Assembly: GCA_036351155.1 (NCBI GenBank) | Contig: JAZBOO010000131.1 | Coordinates: 1-12,968 of the forward strand | DNA: 12,968 nucleotides | Source: Candidatus Krumholzibacteriia bacterium | Lineage (GTDB): Bacteria > Krumholzibacteriota > Krumholzibacteriia > LZORAL124-64-63 | Reading direction: 5' to 3' | Shown: positions 8,909 to 12,968 of the stretch, piece after piece | How the letters are laid out: each line of letters begins with the position of its first letter | How positions within the stretch are numbered: the stretch's first letter is position 1 | Made by a program: the position numbers and the translations under genes | Notes under the pieces: generated by a model | Database searches by the model: none | What the model saw: only the letters and a program-made list of their open reading frames with translations | Told to the model about the DNA's origin: nothing

Positions 8909-9295
8909 ATGGTGCATACGATTTTGTTGATTGTCCACGTCCTGGTCTGCATCGTTCTGGCCACGGTGGTTCTGTTGCAATCCAGCAAAGGTGGCGGCCT
9001 GGCCGGCGCCTTCGGCGGTGGTGGCGGTAGCCCTCAGCAGATGCTCGGCTCCCGGGGTATGACCACCCTGTTGCACAAGCTGACCATCTACGCGGCGGTG
9101 GCTTTCTTTGCCACCAGCTTCCTGCTCTTCATGTCCCAGGAGCTGCCCGAAGGATCCGGGGGCAGCACGCTGAACCGTGCGGCGCAGGATGGCGAGCTCA
9201 ATGTTCCGGTGACGAATGTGCCTGCGGAACAGCCCGTGGAAAACCCGACAGGTGGCACCGGTGAAGACACCGGCGGCGGCGTTGACGGGAACTAG
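8909..9295 (+). CDS. secG: Preprotein translocase subunit SecG with acidic low-complexity C-terminal tail
   Basis: Two TM helices flanking 'VLLQSSKGGGLAGAFGGGG' and 'LHKLT'. GGGAG SD at 8895-8899 (alternative ATG at 8903). Followed by tRNA-Leu(GAG), the conserved context. Confidence 0.93.
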   Translation: MVHTILLIVHVLVCIVLATVVLLQSSKGGGLAGAFGGGGGSPQQMLGSRGMTTLLHKLTIYAAVAFFATSFLLFMSQELPEGSGGSTLNRAAQDGELNVPVTNVPAEQPVENPTGGTGEDTGGGVDGN

Positions 9296-9301
9296 AACTG
9301 G

Positions 9302-9387
9302 GCCCGGGTGGTGGAACTGGTAGACACGCTATCTTGAGGGGGTAGTGGCCACAAGCCGTGCGGGTTCGAGTCCCGCCCCGGGCACCA
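9302..9387 (+). tRNA. tRNA-Leu (anticodon GAG)
   Basis: Acceptor stem GCCCGGG/CCCGGGC, discriminator A, encoded CCA. D-arm GTGGAACTGGTAGACAC; anticodon arm CTATC-TTGAGGG-GGTAG; long variable arm; T-arm GCGGG-TTCGAGT-CCCGC. Confidence 0.98.
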
Positions 9388-9389
9388 TG

Positions 9390-9430
9390 AAAAAAAAAGG
9401 AAACTGTCTCGGACAGTTTCCTTTTTTTTT
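9390..9430 (+). terminator. Intrinsic terminator after tRNA-Leu (symmetric, potentially bidirectional)
   Basis: A-tract, GGAAACTGTC-tcg-GACAGTTTCC perfect stem, T-tract. Confidence 0.92.
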
Positions 9431-9431
9431 A

Positions 9432-9461
9432 TTGACACTTTTGAAAGCAACTCCAAATAAT
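9432..9461 (+). promoter_or_regulatory. Sigma70-type promoter for the Lys-rich protein gene
   Basis: TTGACA (9432-9437), 18-nt spacer, AATAAT (9456-9461). The upstream terminator T-tract could act as an UP element. Confidence 0.6.
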
Positions 9462-9602
9462 GGGCTCACTTCACAGGCAACCTGACGCCGGGTGAGGTGT
9501 TCGCAACTTCCAAGACAGGAGGTCTAGCTCGGGAGCTGATGGGTGCGGAGCCCGAGTGGACGCAGGAACTCGAAACAAGTGAGGTCCGGTATGGAGGAGA
9601 GA

Positions 9603-10058
9603 GTGACCCTGGCTGCCGCTGGCGCGGCCAAGAAAACCACCAAGAAAAAGGTGGCGAAAAAGAAGGTGGCCAAGAAGAAAGTCGCGAAGAAGGTAGCCAA
9701 GAAAAAGGTTGCCAAGAAGGTCGCGAAGAAGAAGGTCGCCAAGAAGACTGTGGCCAAGAAGGTTGCCAAGAAGGTCGCGAAGAAGAAGGTCGCGAAGAAG
9801 AAGGTTGCCAAGAAGGTCGCCAAGAAGAAGGTGGCCAAGAAGGTCGCGAAGAAGAAGGTAGCCAAGAAGGTAGCCAAGAAGAAGGTGGCCAAGAAGGTCG
9901 CCAAGAAGAAGGTTGCCAAGAAGGCCACCAAGAAGGCAGCAACCAAGAAGGTCGCGAAGAAAGTCGCGAAGAAAAAGGTTGCCAAGAAAGTCGCCAAGAA
10001 ACCGGCGGCCAAGAAGGTGACGAAGAAGGTCGCGAAAAAGGTGACCAAGAAGAAGTAG
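9603..10058 (+). CDS. Histone H1-like Lys/Ala/Val-rich repeat protein (151 aa, ~77 Lys, no acidic residues)
   Basis: GGAGGAG SD (9593-9599) then GTG 9603. About 25 VAKK(K) units. Differences between repeat units are mostly synonymous in this frame (GTN, GCC/GCG, AAG/AAA). The stop lies just upstream of a terminator. Confidence 0.85.
   Translation: MTLAAAGAAKKTTKKKVAKKKVAKKKVAKKVAKKKVAKKVAKKKVAKKTVAKKVAKKVAKKKVAKKKVAKKVAKKKVAKKVAKKKVAKKVAKKKVAKKVAKKKVAKKATKKAATKKVAKKVAKKKVAKKVAKKPAAKKVTKKVAKKVTKKK
9651..10055 (+). repeat. Coding tandem repeat of 12/15-nt units GTN GCS AAR AAR (AAR), with a 27-nt higher-order unit
   Basis: Directly visible (e.g. gtggccaagaag, gtcgcgaagaagaag), with alternating VAKK and VAKKK units. 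Confidence 0.9.
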
Positions 10059-10090
10059 CGACTGCCCTGCCATGTCCCTTGGGGGCACGC

Positions 10091-10130
10091 AAAAAAACCC
10101 CGCTGGCCAAGGCCGGCGGGGTTTTTGTTT
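10091..10130. terminator. Bidirectional intrinsic terminator between convergent genes
   Basis: AAAAAAA-CCCCGCTGGCC-aa-GGCCGGCGGGG-TTTTTGTTT. Confidence 0.9.
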
Positions 10131-10159
10131 GCAGCGGGCAGTCTCGGAGGGTCGTGAGG

Positions 10160-11029
10160 TTACTCCTCGGCTTCCAGTTCCGCGAGGTGAGCCGCCCGGA
10201 CATCGTGAGGCACCACATCGATGAACCAGGACACCCCGATGGAGAAGGTCGCGTAGTTGACCATGTTCGAGTAGCCCAGCTCGTCAACTTCGTAGGCAAA
10301 GGTGGTGACGTCCACCTGGCCGGTGATGTCGAAGTTGTCGAAAAGTTCGTAACTGAGGCCGAAGTTGCCCTCGAGGTAAAGGGCCGTCTTGTCCCCGAGG
10401 AAACTGTACCGGTTGATAATGCCGCCGAGCCCGAATCCCAGTCGAGGTTCGATCCCGAACATGGTGGCAGGTTTGGCGTCGTACATCAGGGCCAGGCCGC
10501 CCTTGACCATCTTGAAGCCTGAATCTTCGTCCACCGTGATCCGGGAACTGTTGGTCCGGTCTTCGGGATCGGGACGGTAGAGCATGGTGGTGATGGCGTT
10601 GCCGGTGGCATAGGTGCCCAGCAAGTCCAGATGGAAGTCCTGGGAAATGTAGATCCCAACGCGGCCGCCGAAGGCGGGCCCGGGTTCGATCTCCTTGTGG
10701 GCGGCGTCGTAGATGTTCAGGCCGTTCTCGTACTTGGCCGTGCTTTCCCACAGAACATCGCCGTTGTAGGCAATGATATCGCCGGCGCCCGGCGTCAACA
10801 CGGTGCGGGGGCCCAGTTCCGGGTTCTCCAGGTAGCTCGCCCCGGAAAAATTCCCGCCCCAGAAGGAGAGCCGGTAACCCTTCACGCTGTAGTCGTCGTA
10901 CTTGAGGCTCTCTTCCAACTCGGCCACCCGTTCCTCCTGCTCAGCCGTCGGTTCCTGGCCCAGGGCCAGGGTTCCGAAGGAGAGGATCAGGAGCATCAGG
11001 ACGACGGAAAGCAGTGTGCGATAAATCAT
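10160..11029 (-). CDS. Secreted protein, probable outer-membrane beta-barrel (289 aa)
   Basis: GAGGTG SD before ATG 11029. Sec signal peptide MIYRTLLSVVLMLLILSFGTLALG-Q. Amphipathic strands FGGRVGIY, FHLDLLGTY, KGGLALMY, PRLGFGLGGI, YLEGNFGLSY, FDITGQVD, FSIGVSWF. Confidence 0.72.
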   Translation of the reverse strand: MIYRTLLSVVLMLLILSFGTLALGQEPTAEQEERVAELEESLKYDDYSVKGYRLSFWGGNFSGASYLENPELGPRTVLTPGAGDIIAYNGDVLWESTAKYENGLNIYDAAHKEIEPGPAFGGRVGIYISQDFHLDLLGTYATGNAITTMLYRPDPEDRTNSSRITVDEDSGFKMVKGGLALMYDAKPATMFGIEPRLGFGLGGIINRYSFLGDKTALYLEGNFGLSYELFDNFDITGQVDVTTFAYEVDELGYSNMVNYATFSIGVSWFIDVVPHDVRAAHLAELEAEE

Positions 11030-11221
11030 CAATTCACCTCGGCCGGACTGGGCGCAGGATTGTTTCATGACGAACACTCCGAAAGCCTGTCCGGAACGGC
11101 CAGTGGGCTGAAATTGGCGTGGGGCATCGATTCGGGTTTTCCAGAAGGGCATCAAACCAGGCTTTTCCAGCTTCAATCGGTACCTGGTGCGACACTTATC
11201 GCCCATTCCGGAACCCGAATA

Positions 11222-11250
11222 ACGGTAATGTACGGGCCTGTCGCTGTCCA
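11222..11250 (-). promoter_or_regulatory. Putative sigma70-type promoter for the beta-barrel gene
   Basis: On the minus strand: TGGACA (11250-11245), 17 nt, TACCGT (11227-11222). Confidence 0.45.
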
Positions 11251-11305
11251 GAACTTTCGCCCTGCGCCCCCTTCCCGGCAGGCCTTCCGGGAAAAACCCC
11301 CGGAG

Positions 11306-11334
11306 TTGACAGGGTCTTGTCATGCTATTAACAT
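11306..11334 (+). promoter_or_regulatory. Sigma70-type promoter for the EF-G paralogue
   Basis: TTGACA (11306-11311), 17-nt spacer, TAACAT (11329-11334). Confidence 0.72.
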
Positions 11335-11488
11335 TGCCTCTCGTCGAACCAACCGGCTACAGTGCCTCTGACGGGGTTATTGAGGCCGTTTTTGTTGCCG
11401 GGCCGCGAATCCCGCCCTTTCCGCCTCGGATGGCACATTCCCAGCTCCGGAACCTTCCTCAACCCCCTTCGACGCGGGAGGATGACCG

Positions 11489-12968
11489 TTGAAGACTTAT
11501 TCCATGGACAAGATCCGTAACGTGGCCCTGGTGGGCCCACACGGTGCCGGCAAGACCAGCCTTGCCGACGCCATCCTGCACCTGACCCAGAAAGTCGGAC
11601 GACGCGGGAACACCGATGACGGCACCTCCGTTTTCGATTACATGGAAGAGGAAATCGAAAAGAAGCAGACGATTTCCGCCAGTCTGGCCTGGACCGAGTT
11701 CGAGGGGAACAAGATCAATGTGATCGACACTCCGGGTGTCGACGACTTCCGCAGCGATGTCTACGCCAGCCTGCGCGTGGTGGAAGGTCTGCTGTTTCTG
11801 GTCAAGGCCGATGGTGGCTTCGAGGTCGCCTCGGAGAACCTCTGGAACCTGATCCGCAAGACGCATCTGCCCACCTTCCTGGTGATCAACCGGATGGCCA
11901 AGGAGCAGGCCAACTGGCGCGAGACCATGAACGGGATCAAGGATCGCGTGCCTGGTGCGGCCCCACTGCAGCTGCCCATCGGCAGCGGCGAAAGCTTCGA
12001 GGGTGTGATCGACCTCATCCTCATGAAGGCCTTCAAGTTCGATGGCCACAATGCCGTCGAGATGGAGATCCCTGCCGACATGGCCGATGCGGTGGAAGAG
12101 GCCCGGGAAATGCTGATCGACGCGGCCGCCAATGCCGATGACGTGCTGACGGAGAAGTACCTCGAAGAGTTGACTCTCCCGGAAGAGGACATCATCGCCG
12201 GCCTGAAGAAAGGCACCAAGGAGGGCACCGTGTACCCGGTGTTCTTCACGGACGCGGTGGGTGAGATCGGCGTGGCCAGCCTGCTGCGCAGCGTGGTCAA
12301 CCTGATTCCCAGCGCCGAAAGCCGCACCCGCACCGAGATGAAAGGTCTGATTCCCGGGACCGACGAGGAAGCGACTTTCACTCCCTCGGCTGATGGTCCT
12401 GCGGTGGCGTTCGCCTTCAAGCGGCAGTACGAAGCCCAGGGCGGCGACGTGACCTGGCTGCGTGTTTTCGGCGGCACGCTCAAGAGCGGCGAAAACTTCA
12501 AGTGCAGTGACGGCCGGACCAGTGAACGCATGGGCCAGCTGAACGTCACGATGGGGAAGAACAAGGAAAAGATCGACGAGGCGGGGCCGGGCGACATCGT
12601 GCTGGCCGCCAAGCTGAAGAACACCGAGACCGGCACCACCCTGGCCGCGGGTGTGGACTTCACATTTGCCCCGATCGAATATCCGGTGCCCACCAGTGCC
12701 GACGCCATCAGCCCGGTCACCAGTGGTGATGAAGACAAGATGGCCGCGGGACTGAACAAGATCCGGGAAGAAGATCCCACTTTCCAGCTCATTCATCAGC
12801 CCCACCTGAGTCAGACCTTGCTGGCCACGCAGGGCGAGATTCACACCAACTACATCCTGGAAAAGCTGAAGAAGCAGACCGGAGTGGTGGTGGAACGTCG
12901 CCGTCCGCGGATCAACTTCAAGGAAACCATCCGGGGAACCGCCGAGAAGCAGGGACGGCACAAGAAGC
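11489..12968 (+). CDS. fusA2: Elongation factor G paralogue (EF-G2/EFG II-like), 3' end outside window; not in the supplied ORF track
   Basis: Manual translation from TTG 11489 (GGAGG at 11477-11481): MKTYSMDKIRNVALVGPHGAGKTSLADAIL...DYMEEEIEKKQTIS...INVIDTPGVDDF...QLPIG...FEGVIDL...EKYLE...AGPGDIV...EEDPTF...QGEIH...PRINFKETI. The frame is open to the window end, and the gene is not preceded by rpsL-rpsG. Confidence 0.93.
   Translation, partial: MKTYSMDKIRNVALVGPHGAGKTSLADAILHLTQKVGRRGNTDDGTSVFDYMEEEIEKKQTISASLAWTEFEGNKINVIDTPGVDDFRSDVYASLRVVEGLLFLVKADGGFEVASENLWNLIRKTHLPTFLVINRMAKEQANWRETMNGIKDRVPGAAPLQLPIGSGESFEGVIDLILMKAFKFDGHNAVEMEIPADMADAVEEAREMLIDAAANADDVLTEKYLEELTLPEEDIIAGLKKGTKEGTVYPVFFTDAVGEIGVASLLRSVVNLIPSAESRTRTEMKGLIPGTDEEATFTPSADGPAVAFAFKRQYEAQGGDVTWLRVFGGTLKSGENFKCSDGRTSERMGQLNVTMGKNKEKIDEAGPGDIVLAAKLKNTETGTTLAAGVDFTFAPIEYPVPTSADAISPVTSGDEDKMAAGLNKIREEDPTFQLIHQPHLSQTLLATQGEIHTNYILEKLKKQTGVVVERRRPRINFKETIRGTAEKQGRHKK

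Noticed and set aside
9462..9630. tmRNA, SRP RNA, 6S RNA or c-di-GMP riboswitch in the leader
   Set aside because: No tRNA-like ends, no stop after the 'LAAA' codons, no SRP GGAA-loop domain, no long 6S rod, and only fragmentary resemblance to the c-di-GMP-I consensus.
9651..10055. Possible CRISPR array or non-coding satellite
   Set aside because: Units are contiguous 12/15-nt codon-phased repeats with no unique spacers, and there are no cas genes.
9466..10522. Alternative-frame repeat ORFs (EEGRQ-rich +9497..10522; FLATFF -9524..10048; LLGDLL -9471..10088; SWRPS -9466..10299)
   Set aside because: Open only because the repeat lacks stops. Repeat variation is synonymous in the Lys-rich frame, which also has the SD and ends at the terminator. 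Some of these ORFs run through the terminator or overlap the beta-barrel gene.
11030..11323. 98-aa N-terminal extension of the minus-strand ORF 10160..11323
   Set aside because: The signal peptide and GAGGTG SD define ATG 11029; the extension spans promoters and structured leader sequence.
11459..12961. 500-aa and 343-aa minus-strand ORFs
   Set aside because: Antisense shadows of the + strand EF-G paralogue, which has clear family motifs and an SD.
9302..12968. Genomic island integrated at tRNA-Leu
   Set aside because: No integrase, no visible duplicate of the tRNA 3' end, and no obvious compositional shift within the window.

Overview
GC-rich bacterial chromosomal window, mostly housekeeping genes. 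On the + strand, a tightly coupled cluster runs mreB (5'-truncated)-mreC-mreD-mrdA (PBP2)-rodA-lgt-aroE-like-comF-like. It is followed by pgk and secG-tRNA-Leu(GAG), each behind a near-consensus sigma70 promoter. Downstream is a stand-alone unit (promoter, GGA-rich structured leader, terminator) encoding a 151-aa, ~51% Lys histone-H1-like (VAKK/VAKKK)n protein with no folded domain. Next is a convergent minus-strand gene for a probable outer-membrane beta-barrel with a long hairpin leader. The window ends in a 3'-truncated elongation factor G paralogue (EF-G2-like), missing from the supplied ORF track, with degenerate GTPase motifs G2-G5 and a structured 5' leader. No mobile elements or CRISPR arrays are visible. 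The most interesting region is about 9430-12968.
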